From: Polyangiales bacterium
Lineage (GTDB): Bacteria; Myxococcota_A; Polyangia; Polyangiales; Polyangiaceae
NCBI GenBank assembly: GCA_038231275.1
Contig: JBBRLQ010000011.1
Coordinates: forward strand, 64,001-128,000
Direction of reading: 5' to 3'
Length of the DNA: 64,000 bases
Notes under the pieces: model-generated
What the model saw: the letters and a program-made list of their open reading frames with translations, nothing else
Told to the model about the DNA's origin: nothing
Databases searched by the model: none
In this document: positions 10,640 to 20,331 of the stretch, in pieces
Position numbering within the stretch: position 1 is the first letter of the stretch
Layout of the letters: every line of letters starts with the position of its first letter
Position numbers and translations under genes: made by a program

Positions 10640-11797
10640 ATGCCCGCTCCTAGTCTCGCGTCTCTGACGAAAACCAAGCGCGTGCTGATCACCGTGGGGG
10701 CGGGCGGTGTCGGCAAGACGACGAGCGCGGCGGCCCTCGCCGTAGCGGCGGCGCGTGAGGGACGACGAGTGTTGTGCCTCACCATCGATCCGGCGCGGCG
10801 GCTCGCCGAATCGCTGGGCATCGCGAAGATGGATACGAACGGCCACGTCGTCGACAAGGCGCTCTTCGAGGCGGCCGGCGTCACGATGACCGGCTCGCTC
10901 ACCGCCATGATGCTCGACACGAAGCGCACCTTCGACGAGCTCGTCATCAAGTATTCGTCGACGCCGGAGAAGGCAGAGAGGCTCCTCTCGAACAAGCTCT
11001 ACACGTACGTCTCGACCTCGCTCGCGGGGACGCAGGAGTACATGGCGATGGAGAAGCTCGTCGCCGTCAAAGACGATCCCCAATACGATCTCGTCATCCT
11101 CGACACGCCGCCGACCGCGAACGCGCTGGATTTTCTCGATGCGCCGGAGCGCCTGATGGGCGCGCTCGACAGCGCGGCGATGAAGTGGTTCATCCAAGCG
11201 TTCGAGTCGAGCGGCAAGCTGTCGCTTAACCTCCTCGCAAAGTCGGCGGCGGTCATCCTCCGCGGCATCGGAAAAATCACCGGCGGCGGCTTCCTCGAGT
11301 CGATGGCGGAGTTCATCACCGAGCTGAACGATCTGTTCGGCGGCTTCAAACAGCGCGCGAAGATCGTACAGGCCGCACTACGCGCGCCCGACGTCTCGTT
11401 CGTCCTCGTGACGTCGCCGGCGCCGATGAGCATCCAAGAGGTGCTCTTCTTCTCGGAGCGCCTCGCCGAGCACCGGATGCCGCGCGGCGCGTTCGTCGTG
11501 AACCGCTTCCGCCTCCCGCCCGCACGCGCGGTGGAGGGCGTGACGGTTGCGCAGGCGAAGGACGCCCTGGCGAAGAGCGGCCTCGCACTAGAAGAGGAGG
11601 GCCCCGAGCGCCTCGTCCGCGCGCACCAGGATCAAGTGAAGCTCGCGCAACTCGACGCCCTCCACGTCGGCGCCCTCGCGCGCGAAGCGAAATCAGGCGG
11701 CGTCGCCATCGTGCGCGTGCCCGAGCTCGCGAGCGACGTGCACGATCTCCGGCTCCTCGCGCAGGTGGGGGAGATGCTGATGAAGGGCGGCGTCTAG
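10640..11797 (+). CDS. ArsA/Get3-family ATPase
   Basis: GAGGVGKTT, TIDPARRLAESLG, LDTPPT, VVNR. Confidence 0.92.
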   Translation: MPAPSLASLTKTKRVLITVGAGGVGKTTSAAALAVAAAREGRRVLCLTIDPARRLAESLGIAKMDTNGHVVDKALFEAAGVTMTGSLTAMMLDTKRTFDELVIKYSSTPEKAERLLSNKLYTYVSTSLAGTQEYMAMEKLVAVKDDPQYDLVILDTPPTANALDFLDAPERLMGALDSAAMKWFIQAFESSGKLSLNLLAKSAAVILRGIGKITGGGFLESMAEFITELNDLFGGFKQRAKIVQAALRAPDVSFVLVTSPAPMSIQEVLFFSERLAEHRMPRGAFVVNRFRLPPARAVEGVTVAQAKDALAKSGLALEEEGPERLVRAHQDQVKLAQLDALHVGALAREAKSGGVAIVRVPELASDVHDLRLLAQVGEMLMKGGV

Positions 11798-11802
11798 AGG
11801 CG

Positions 11803-13311
11803 CTAGAGCCGGCGTCGTTTGCCCGTCGAGGGCGGGCGGCGTTCGCTCTGTTGTTCCTCTTTCTTCTCGTCCCGCTTGCGCCTCGCCTTGTAGAAGATGC
11901 GCACCGGCGCGCCTTCGAAGCCGAAGTGTTTGCGCAGCTGGTTGACGACGAACCGCCGGTAGGAGAAGTGGATCGCGTCGGGCCAATTCGTGATCGCCAC
12001 GAACGTGGGCGGTGAGGTCTCGGCCTGCGTCACGTAGTAGAGGCGCGGCGCTTTGCCGCCTTGGGTCGGCGGCGGGTGGGTGTCGAGCACCTTCTCGAAG
12101 AAGCGGTTCAGCTCGCCGGTCGTGACGCGCTTCTTGTATGCGGTCCGCACCTGGTCGATGGTCTCGAGCAAGTCGCCGACGCCGCGCCCGGTCTTAACGC
12201 TGAGGCGAACGAACGGCACATACGTCGCGAAGGTGACCTTGTCGCGCGCGAGCTCCTCGGTGCGCTTGAGATCCTCTTTGCTCATCAAGTCGGTCTTGTT
12301 GAGCGCGATGATCATCGCGCAACCGCGATCTTGGGCGAGGCCCAGGATTTTTGCGTCCTGCTCGGCGACGCCTTCCTTCGCGTCGCACATGACCACGACC
12401 ACCTCGGCGCGCTCCATCGCGCGGATGGCCTGCATCACGCTCATCGACTCGATGTCGCTGCCCTCCTTGGTGACCTTGCCCTTCTTGCGGATGCCGGCGG
12501 TGTCGATGAAGACGTACTTCTTCTCGCCGCGCGAGATAAGCGCGTCGATCGAGTCGCGCGTCGTGCCGGGGCGCTCGTCCACCAGCATGCGATCTTCGCC
12601 GAGGAGGCGGTTCAAGAGGCTGGATTTCCCGGCGTTCGGGCGCCCGACGACGGCGACGCGCGCGACGTTGGGGTCGGGCGGCCCGCCGGGCTCGGCCTGC
12701 TTCGGGAGCGACGCCATGACGGCGGCCTCGAGATCGCCCATGCCGCGGCCGTGCAGCGCGCTCACGGGGAAGACGCGCTCGACGCCGAGGCGATAGAGCT
12801 CGGTCGCGTAGGCGTCGCCGGCCTGCGAGTCGACCTTGTTCGCGACGAAGAACGACGGTTTGGCCGCCTGCCGCAGGAGCTTCACGGCCGCGCGATCGGC
12901 GCTCGTGAGATCCGTGGTGCCATCCGTGACGAAGATGATCGCGTCGGCCTCGGCGATCGCGGCCTTCACGTGGCGCGCGATGCCGGTCTTCATCGGATCG
13001 GCGTCCTCCGGATCGAACCCGCCGGTGTCGATGAGCGTGTAGCCGCGGCCGAAGGCGCTCGTGTCGGCGTAGTGCCGGTCGCGCGTGACGCCCGGCTCGT
13101 CGTGCACGATCGCGAGGCGCTGCCGGGCGAGACGGTTGAAGAGCGTGGATTTGCCGACGTTGGGACGGCCGACGATCGCGACGAGCGGAAGCCCGCGCAG
13201 TCCGCCCGGCTGCTTCGGCGCCACCTTCTCGCGCTCGGTGTCACGCTCCTCTTGTTTGTCGCTCTTGGTGGCCCGCTTGTGGCCTCCGCGCTTGCCCGCG
13301 TCGCCGGTCAT
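11803..13311 (-). CDS. der: Ribosome biogenesis GTPase Der (EngA)
   Basis: Tandem G domains GRPNVGKSTLFN/GRPNAGKSSL, DTGG/DTAG, C-terminal KH-like domain. Confidence 0.97.
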   Translation of the reverse strand: MTGDAGKRGGHKRATKSDKQEERDTEREKVAPKQPGGLRGLPLVAIVGRPNVGKSTLFNRLARQRLAIVHDEPGVTRDRHYADTSAFGRGYTLIDTGGFDPEDADPMKTGIARHVKAAIAEADAIIFVTDGTTDLTSADRAAVKLLRQAAKPSFFVANKVDSQAGDAYATELYRLGVERVFPVSALHGRGMGDLEAAVMASLPKQAEPGGPPDPNVARVAVVGRPNAGKSSLLNRLLGEDRMLVDERPGTTRDSIDALISRGEKKYVFIDTAGIRKKGKVTKEGSDIESMSVMQAIRAMERAEVVVVMCDAKEGVAEQDAKILGLAQDRGCAMIIALNKTDLMSKEDLKRTEELARDKVTFATYVPFVRLSVKTGRGVGDLLETIDQVRTAYKKRVTTGELNRFFEKVLDTHPPPTQGGKAPRLYYVTQAETSPPTFVAITNWPDAIHFSYRRFVVNQLRKHFGFEGAPVRIFYKARRKRDEKKEEQQSERRPPSTGKRRRL

Positions 13312-14258
13312 CCTTCGTCTCCGTAGCCCATCTCTTTCAGTTGGGCGTCGCTCTCGTACCAGCGCGGGGTCACGCGCACCCAGAGCTCGAGGTGGACCTG
13401 CCGACCCACGAGCGCCTCGATGCGCTTGCGCGCCTCGATGCCGACCGCCTTGATGACGGCCCCCTTGTCGCCGATGACGATCTTCTTGTGCCCGTCGCGG
13501 TCGACGTGGATCGTGGCCGAGATGTGCGGTACGCGCGGCGTCTCGTCGAAGCGCTCGACGGTGACGGCGATGCCGTGCGGGACCTCGTCGCGCGTCTTGG
13601 CGAGGATCTGCTCGCGGACCATCTCGGAGACGAAGAAGCGGACGGGGCGATCGCTGAGCTCGTCGTCCGGGAAGATCTTCTCGCCTTCGGGGAGGAGCTT
13701 CTTCGTCTCCTCGATGAGGCGCGCGACGCCGCTGTCTTGCTTGCGCGCGCTCATCGGGACGATCGCCGCGAAGGGGTGCGCCTTTTCGTACCCGGCGAGG
13801 ATTGGAAAGAGCTTCGTCTTGTCCTTCACCTTGTCGGATTTGTTGAGGACGAGGATGACGGGGACCCCCTCCGGCACCTGGGCCAGGATGACCCGGTCGA
13901 CCTCGCGCATTTCGGCGCCGGATCCGGGGGCGAGATCGGTCATGAAGAATACGATCTCGCAGTCGCGCGTTGCATCCCGAGCAAGTTGATTCATGCGTGC
14001 GCCGAGCTTCGTGCGCGCGCGGTGCACTCCTGGGGTGTCGATGAAGACGAGCTGGGAATCCTCATCGGTGAAAATGCCGCGGATTTGGTCGCGGGTCGTC
14101 TGCGGGTGCGAGCTCGTGATCGCGATCCGCTCGCCCACCAGCGCGTTCAGGAGCGTGCTCTTGCCGACGTTGGGCCGGCCCAGGATCGCGATGCGCCCAG
14201 CGCGGAACGGCCCCTTTTTCTTGCGGGGTAAGGCGGCTTTTGGCGTGGGGGGCGGCAT
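13308..14258 (-). CDS. era: GTPase Era
   Basis: GRPNVGKSTLLN, PQTTR, DTPG, NKSD, EVPH, KIVIGDKG, LELWVRV. Confidence 0.97.
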   Translation of the reverse strand: MPPPTPKAALPRKKKGPFRAGRIAILGRPNVGKSTLLNALVGERIAITSSHPQTTRDQIRGIFTDEDSQLVFIDTPGVHRARTKLGARMNQLARDATRDCEIVFFMTDLAPGSGAEMREVDRVILAQVPEGVPVILVLNKSDKVKDKTKLFPILAGYEKAHPFAAIVPMSARKQDSGVARLIEETKKLLPEGEKIFPDDELSDRPVRFFVSEMVREQILAKTRDEVPHGIAVTVERFDETPRVPHISATIHVDRDGHKKIVIGDKGAVIKAVGIEARKRIEALVGRQVHLELWVRVTPRWYESDAQLKEMGYGDEG

Positions 14259-14353
14259 CGGGGGCGCACCTCTTTAGCACGTTGCGTCGCGGGATCGTTT
14301 GCTACTACTGTCCGGCCGCTTCTCCAGGGCGACCTTTCTTTTTGGGGACTTCC

Positions 14354-17236
14354 ATGTCGAACGACGAGAACGAAGCCAAACCAACCGACGACGCGCCGAA
14401 GGCCGAGGCACCCGCCGCCGAGGCCGCTTCCCCAGTCCCCCCCGCTTCCCCAGTCCCCCCCGCCGGGGACGAAGGCGAGGGGTGGCGGAGGCGCATCCCG
14501 CTTTTGCTCGCGATCGCGACCCCCATCCTCTTTTTCTTCGTGCTGCCCCCGCTCTACAAGAGCGGCCTCTGGGACCCCTACGAGCTGAACGTCGCCGATC
14601 TCGCGCGGCGCCTCGCGCTGAACGTCTACGGCGCGCAGAATTTGTGGCTGACCGGCGCCGACAACTCGATGCCGCACCTGAACGACCTCGGTCGCCCCGA
14701 GCTGCCGTTCGACTCGATCGCGCTGGGGTTCAAGGTCTTCGGTCTCCACGAGTGGGCCGGCCGTGCGCCGCTCGCGCTTTGGGGGACCGCGGGGGTCCTC
14801 TCCACGTACGCGTTCGTGGCGCGACTCGTCGACAAGCGCGCCGGCCTCTATGCCGCGGTCGCGCTGTCGAGCATGCCGCTCTTCTTCGTCGGTGCGCGCA
14901 CCATGCTGGGCGACGTCGTCACGATGGCCGCGATCGCCATGAGCTTCGGCGGCTTCACCGTCGCGGTCTTCGATCGTGACGCCGATGGTCCGACGCCGGC
15001 GATGCGTCGCCTGCCGTGGATCGCGCTCGGTGTGATCGGGCTCGTCGCCGGCTTCGAGAGCCGCGGCGGCATCTTGGGCCTCGCGGTTCCTCTCACCGCG
15101 GTGGGCCTGGCGTGGGGCGTGTCGTGGGCGAGCGGCGAGCGCCGCGTCGACGTGATCGGCGACATCGTCGGCGCGATCCTCCTCGTCGCCGGCGTCCGCG
15201 CGATGATCCAAGGTTACACGGCGATCGAGGCGGCCAAGCCGGGCACATTGAACATGTGGGTCGGCGCGATGATCAAGCCGCCCGCGAAGTACCCGACGTT
15301 CGACTATTTCGTCGGCCACCTCGGCCCTGCGCTCGCGCCGTGGAGCGCGTTCGCGCCGTTCGCGCTCGGTCGTCTCTTCCTCACGCCGCCCCATCGGAGC
15401 GGGTACCTGTTCCAGCGCGAGAGCTTCGTGCGCATGGCGCTCGTGTGCGGCACCGCCGTCGCCTTCGCGGCGCACGGCTGGCTCGCGACGAAGACCGATC
15501 TGATCGCCTTCTCCGCCCCCGCGCTCCTCGCCGCGGCGTGCGGCATCGCGATCCGCGACTACGAGCGCGGCGCGCACCCGTCGATCGCCGTCGGCGTCGG
15601 CACGGGCGTCTTTTTGGGCGTGTTTCACCACGATTTCCACGAGATTCCCGACAAGGCGTACCAGGCGTTCGCGGTTGTCGGCGCGCCCTTCCCCGAGAGC
15701 TTCAAGACGCAAGCGCTCCTCCTCTGGACGATCGCGCTCGTCGGCTTCGCGGGCGTCGCGTTCCTCACCTGGGTCGAACGCGAAGGGACGCGGAAGCCCT
15801 TCGATCCGGCCGGCTACCTAAAGGTGCTCAACGCCCTCCGTGACGCATGGGACGGTCTCCTCGCCCTCGCGTACTTCGCGATGGTCGCTGGGGCGTCGCT
15901 CGCAGGGCTCACCATTTGGGTCGGCGTGAAGACGCACGCCAAGTGGCTGCCCAGCCTGTCCCTCCAGATCCGTGACGGCGTGCTCAACGCGTGGTGGGTG
16001 ACGGCGTTCGTCCCGCTCGGGATCATCCTCGGCATCTACTTCGCGTGCGACGTGTGGCTCTGGGCCTTTGGCCGCGCGCAGCCGTTCACGTGGGCGTCGC
16101 TCACGCGCGGCTTCGAGCCGTTCGAGGAGCTGTGGGACCGCCTCCGCAAGGGCGGGGGCGACGCGGCGCAGAAGCAAGAGCGGCTCGTCGTGCTGGTCGT
16201 CCTCGTTCCGTTGATGGTTCTCGCGCTTCCCGGCGGCGTCATCGGTTACCTCTGGTCGCACGGCACCCGCCCGATCATCGCTGCCGCGCTCGGCGTTCCC
16301 GCGGGCGTCGCCGCGTTCCTCGTGATGGGGTTCATCGGCGATCTGCTCCGCGGCAGCCGCGCGGCGTTCTTCCCGCTCTTCGCGGCGGTGACCGGCATGG
16401 TCCTCTGCTTCTCGTACTACCCGGCGCTCGCCAACCAGCTTTCTCCGAAGGAAGTCTTCGAGAGCTACCAGCGCATCCACGAAGGCTCCGAGCCGCTCGC
16501 GCTCTTCGGCGTGGGCGGTCGCACGTCGGCGTACTACGCGGGCGGCGAGCCCAAGACGTTCAGCGACGCGCAGGGCGCCTTCACGTGGCTCATCGGCGAA
16601 CCCGGCGCCGGCCGCCGCTTTCTCGTCATGAAGACCGACGAGCTCGCGAAGCTCAATCAGATGTACCGCGACAAGGCCCCCGCCGGTCAGCGCGAGAACC
16701 TCCCAGTGCTCGACGGCCGCTCGAGCCAGATCGTCCTCGTCGGCTCGCGCCTCGCGTCTGGCGAGAAGAGCCAGAACCCGCTCGCCAAGGTCATCCTCAC
16801 CGGCCCACCCGCGAAGGTGCAGCACCGCCTCGACGTGGAGATGGAGGACAAGCTCTACGTCATCGGCTACGACCTCACCGATCCGACGGGCCGCCTCGTC
16901 GAGTCGGTCGCGCCCGGCCGCAAGTACCACTTCAAGACGTACTACAAGGTCCTCAATCCCATCACGACCGAGTGGGAGGCGTTCATCCACATCGACGGGT
17001 TCCATCGCCGGCACAACGGCGACCACAAGCCGATGGATGGCAAGTACCCGTTCCACCTGTGGCTGAAGGACGACGTCCTCCTGGACGACCACGAGTTCAG
17101 CCTGGAGCCGAATTTCACCCCCGGCGCGTACACCGTTTACTTCGGCCTCTTTGTGGGCGATACGCGGTTGAAAGTGACCAAGGGGCCCAGCGACGGGGAC
17201 AACCGCATCAACGGCGGCGCGCTCAACGTCCAGTGA
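14354..17236 (+). CDS. Large GT-C fold (ArnT/PMT, GT39/83-like) membrane glycosyltransferase with periplasmic C-terminal beta domain
   Basis: GLWDPYE motif after TM1, FGLHEWAGRAPLALWG, many TM helices, C-terminal FIHIDG..NGDHKP..GKYP..LW domain; start moved to ATG14354. Confidence 0.8.
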   Translation: MSNDENEAKPTDDAPKAEAPAAEAASPVPPASPVPPAGDEGEGWRRRIPLLLAIATPILFFFVLPPLYKSGLWDPYELNVADLARRLALNVYGAQNLWLTGADNSMPHLNDLGRPELPFDSIALGFKVFGLHEWAGRAPLALWGTAGVLSTYAFVARLVDKRAGLYAAVALSSMPLFFVGARTMLGDVVTMAAIAMSFGGFTVAVFDRDADGPTPAMRRLPWIALGVIGLVAGFESRGGILGLAVPLTAVGLAWGVSWASGERRVDVIGDIVGAILLVAGVRAMIQGYTAIEAAKPGTLNMWVGAMIKPPAKYPTFDYFVGHLGPALAPWSAFAPFALGRLFLTPPHRSGYLFQRESFVRMALVCGTAVAFAAHGWLATKTDLIAFSAPALLAAACGIAIRDYERGAHPSIAVGVGTGVFLGVFHHDFHEIPDKAYQAFAVVGAPFPESFKTQALLLWTIALVGFAGVAFLTWVEREGTRKPFDPAGYLKVLNALRDAWDGLLALAYFAMVAGASLAGLTIWVGVKTHAKWLPSLSLQIRDGVLNAWWVTAFVPLGIILGIYFACDVWLWAFGRAQPFTWASLTRGFEPFEELWDRLRKGGGDAAQKQERLVVLVVLVPLMVLALPGGVIGYLWSHGTRPIIAAALGVPAGVAAFLVMGFIGDLLRGSRAAFFPLFAAVTGMVLCFSYYPALANQLSPKEVFESYQRIHEGSEPLALFGVGGRTSAYYAGGEPKTFSDAQGAFTWLIGEPGAGRRFLVMKTDELAKLNQMYRDKAPAGQRENLPVLDGRSSQIVLVGSRLASGEKSQNPLAKVILTGPPAKVQHRLDVEMEDKLYVIGYDLTDPTGRLVESVAPGRKYHFKTYYKVLNPITTEWEAFIHIDGFHRRHNGDHKPMDGKYPFHLWLKDDVLLDDHEFSLEPNFTPGAYTVYFGLFVGDTRLKVTKGPSDGDNRINGGALNVQ

Positions 17237-17306
17237 GCGTCTCGAATCGGGCGTAGAAAACGCCACTTCGGGCCTTGCCTCGGCACTCAAAGAGGGGGAT
17301 AGGCAA

Positions 17307-17756
17307 ATGGGAATCATGGTGACGACGAAGGATGATCCGGCGCTCGAGGCCGCAGTCATGGACGCGACGATTGGGGCCTCGGACTCCGACGCGCCTCTCT
17401 CGGCAGACCGCCGCAACTCCGCCCGCTACGAAGTGAGCTGGTCGGTCGACTGCGTGGGGGACGACACGTTCCTCTTCGCGTCGATGGCGAACATCAGCGA
17501 GATGGGCATCTTCGTACTGACGACGGACCCGCTCGCGATCGGCACCAACATCATGCTCTCGTTCTCGCCGCCCGGTCACGAGCCGTTCAAGCTCGCCGGT
17601 CAGGTCACGTGGATCAACAAGGTCCGCCCGAACGGCGACAACCCCAACCCGGGGATGGGCGTCCGCTTCGTGAACCTGACGCCCGACGATCGCGAGCGCA
17701 TCGTCGAGGTCATCCGCGCGATTTGCTACCTCCGCCCCGGCAGCGCGCCGAGCTGA
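17307..17756 (+). CDS. Stand-alone PilZ domain protein (TIGR02266-like)
   Basis: RRNSARY (RxxxR) and NISEMG (N/DxSxxG) c-di-GMP motifs, PGMGVRF. Confidence 0.88.
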   Translation: MGIMVTTKDDPALEAAVMDATIGASDSDAPLSADRRNSARYEVSWSVDCVGDDTFLFASMANISEMGIFVLTTDPLAIGTNIMLSFSPPGHEPFKLAGQVTWINKVRPNGDNPNPGMGVRFVNLTPDDRERIVEVIRAICYLRPGSAPS

Positions 17757-17766
17757 GTTTTCGCCC

Positions 17767-19488
17767 TTACTTGGGAACGGGGAAGCGGCGTCCGACGATC
17801 CCGAACGGCGCCGCGGTGCCTTGGTCCGTCCAGCCGATCGCGATCGACGGGCTCGCGCCGCCGACGGCGACCACCGGCTCTGCGCGCGGGCGGCCGTCGG
17901 CGATGCTCGCCTGAAAGTCGCCGTTCTGGCCGTCCACGTTGTTGAAGAGGAAGCCGGACGCGCCGCCGAGGAGTCGACCTCGCACGTGGCGCGTCTGCGC
18001 GTCAAGCCACACGACGACGAAGGACCCTGCGGCGGCGTTCATGCCGGCGATCCGGGGAGTCAGCTGATCACCGGGGACGGTCGTGTTGATGGGCGCCGCC
18101 TGATCACCGGCCGCCTTCGCGGCGGCGGCGCTGTAACGCTGGCCCACGATGTCGGCGCCGTTCGCGCCCGCGTGATCGCTCCACACCACCGCGAAGCGCC
18201 CGTCGGAGAGCGCCGCGATCGCCGGGTGATCTTGCTGGCCCTGCGTGCTGTCATTCACGATGGTCTCGCTGCCGAACGCGTTTCCGTTCGCGTCGATCGA
18301 TCGCATCTTGATGTCGCCGGCGCCCTCCCACACGGCGATCCATCCGTTGGCGGTCGACGCGAGCTGCACGCCGCGGTTGCCCGATCCGCTCGAGATGTCC
18401 TGCTGCGGGCCGAGCGTTCCGGGAGTGCCGGGCTTGTACGTTCGCCCCGCGATTTTCTGGGCGCCGTCGTCCTGCCACGCGATGAAGAGCATCCCGTTCG
18501 GGCCTGCTGCCACTGCCGGCGCGGTCTGGATTCCCGCCTCACCCGTGTCGCCGGCGCCGTTCACCGAGACCGGCGCAGCGAACGCTTGCTGCGCGGTGAA
18601 CGATCCGTCCATCGAGCGGAGGTGGATGTCGGGCGTCGCGCTCGAGCCGCTGTTGTCGTCGAAGACGACGAAGTACTGCGAACCGATCACCGCCGCGCTG
18701 GGGAGCTGCTTCGCGCCGGGCTGCGGCTTGGCCGCTTGCGTCGGATCGTTGGGGATGTACGTCGACGACGGGAAGCCCGACAGCGGCGCGAACGTGTCGC
18801 TCATGACGCGCATCGAGATCTCGCTCTTCGAGGTCGAGAGCCCGTTCGGTGTCTTGTCGCCGAAGAACGCGAGGAGCCGGCCGCCGTCCCCGGCCTGCGC
18901 GGGCCACAGGAACGCGGGCGCCGACTTGTCGCCGGGGCCCCCGTCGGTCGACAAGAGCTGCTCGGTCGTGTGGCACTGCGCATCGCACGTCGGGTCGACC
19001 GGATCGCGCTCGCACTGCTCGGTCGAGTCGATCGTCTTGTTGCCGCAGACCGACGGCGGCACGTAGCGGATCATCACGATCTTGAGCGGGAGCGCGTCCT
19101 GATCGACGACGGCCTTCGTGCACCCGTCGGCCAGATCCGCGACCGTCGCCGACGAGGCCTGCGCTTGGAAGAGGCGCGCGGTGGCGCTCTTCGCGATCGA
19201 GAGCTGCCCGCAGAATTTTCCCCCAGTAGGGCAGGGACCGCCGGCCAGGCTCGTCCCGAGATCCGCCGTCGCGATCGGCTTCGGGGCGCCGGTGATCTTC
19301 CCGGTCGCCGCGTCGCAGTCGACGCCGTTCGCGAGGTCATAGACGCTGACGGTCACCTTCGTGACGCCGTCGAGGAGACCTTGTGGGAAGAGCAGGCTCG
19401 GCGCCGTCGAGATCGTGACCGGCTCATGGCCCGCGCTGCACGCGGCGACGGCGACGGCGACGACGAGGAGGTGACCGTGTGCGCGCAT
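17767..19488 (-). CDS. Lipoprotein with myxobacterial Cys-rich repeat and repeated VN..G.Q..PA beta-repeats
   Basis: Lipobox VAAC; CGNKTIDSTEQCE...CDAQC; repeats VNGAGDTGEAGIQTAPAV / VNDSTQGQQDHPAI / INTTVPGDQLTPRI. Confidence 0.75.
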   Translation of the reverse strand: MRAHGHLLVVAVAVAACSAGHEPVTISTAPSLLFPQGLLDGVTKVTVSVYDLANGVDCDAATGKITGAPKPIATADLGTSLAGGPCPTGGKFCGQLSIAKSATARLFQAQASSATVADLADGCTKAVVDQDALPLKIVMIRYVPPSVCGNKTIDSTEQCERDPVDPTCDAQCHTTEQLLSTDGGPGDKSAPAFLWPAQAGDGGRLLAFFGDKTPNGLSTSKSEISMRVMSDTFAPLSGFPSSTYIPNDPTQAAKPQPGAKQLPSAAVIGSQYFVVFDDNSGSSATPDIHLRSMDGSFTAQQAFAAPVSVNGAGDTGEAGIQTAPAVAAGPNGMLFIAWQDDGAQKIAGRTYKPGTPGTLGPQQDISSGSGNRGVQLASTANGWIAVWEGAGDIKMRSIDANGNAFGSETIVNDSTQGQQDHPAIAALSDGRFAVVWSDHAGANGADIVGQRYSAAAAKAAGDQAAPINTTVPGDQLTPRIAGMNAAAGSFVVVWLDAQTRHVRGRLLGGASGFLFNNVDGQNGDFQASIADGRPRAEPVVAVGGASPSIAIGWTDQGTAAPFGIVGRRFPVPK

Positions 19489-19514
19489 TTCCGCGCTTGC
19501 TTATAGCACGGCGG

Positions 19515-20141
19515 CTACCGCCCTCGGCGAAGCCACGGGATCTTGAAGATCGACGATCCGCCCGCGTCCGGCTCGGTGAGGATCTCGACGCCGGCCAGAT
19601 CGAGCGCTTCGACGAGCGCGAGCCGCGCCTTCTCGCCGCCGTCCACCCGCGCGCGCCGCACCTTCGCGCGCACGGCCTTGACGGCCACGCGCGCCGCCCA
19701 CTCGCCGAGCGCGTCCGCGTCTTCGTCGGGGGGCCCCGCCACGAACCCCATCGTGACCTTGTCGATCCGCACCGCGCAACGCGGAAAATCCCACGCCTTC
19801 ATCGCGTCCACGCGCGCCTTGTCGATCCGCGCGGCGGCGTACCCCTCCGCCAGCGACGCCCGCGCCGACACCAGCCACTCGCCGGTCGTCCCCGTCTCTT
19901 CGATCGCCCCATCCATCGTCGCCGCCGCGAGCGTCGGAGTGCCGCCATGCTCGGCGATGAGCCGCCCGAGCACCAAGCACGCATGAAACAAATCCGCATG
20001 CCCGTCACCCAGCAACCTCGTCACGACGAGCGCCCTCGCCGCATGCGTGGCGTCGATCGCCATATGGTCTTCGGGAACGAGCGCCCGCGCGTGGTCCCTT
20101 TTGGACCACCCCGCCGTCATCGCCTCGATCCGCGCTTCCAC
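19515..20141 (-). CDS. Hypothetical protein, possibly a degenerate RsbR/STAS-like protein
   Basis: Open frame with plausible coding content; start GTG20141 or ATG20120. Confidence 0.6.
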   Translation of the reverse strand: MEARIEAMTAGWSKRDHARALVPEDHMAIDATHAARALVVTRLLGDGHADLFHACLVLGRLIAEHGGTPTLAAATMDGAIEETGTTGEWLVSARASLAEGYAAARIDKARVDAMKAWDFPRCAVRIDKVTMGFVAGPPDEDADALGEWAARVAVKAVRAKVRRARVDGGEKARLALVEALDLAGVEILTEPDAGGSSIFKIPWLRRGR

Positions 20142-20331
20142 TCCTCTAGTGTGACACAGGCTTGGTCTGGTTTTGGGGGCACAGGGTGCAATGCTCGCTC
20201 GCTCGACTCCGCGCCTCGTCGGCGCTCCGCTCGACTCGCGATTCTCGATGAGCTTAGGGGGCGCCCGGTGGAGTGGCGCCACTCCCCCAGACCCCCAGCG
20301 GGAGGGCGATATTTGCCTCCCGTTGCACCAA

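Noticed and set aside
14424..14463. 18 bp direct duplication
   Set aside because: In-frame ASPVPP duplication in a disordered N-terminus
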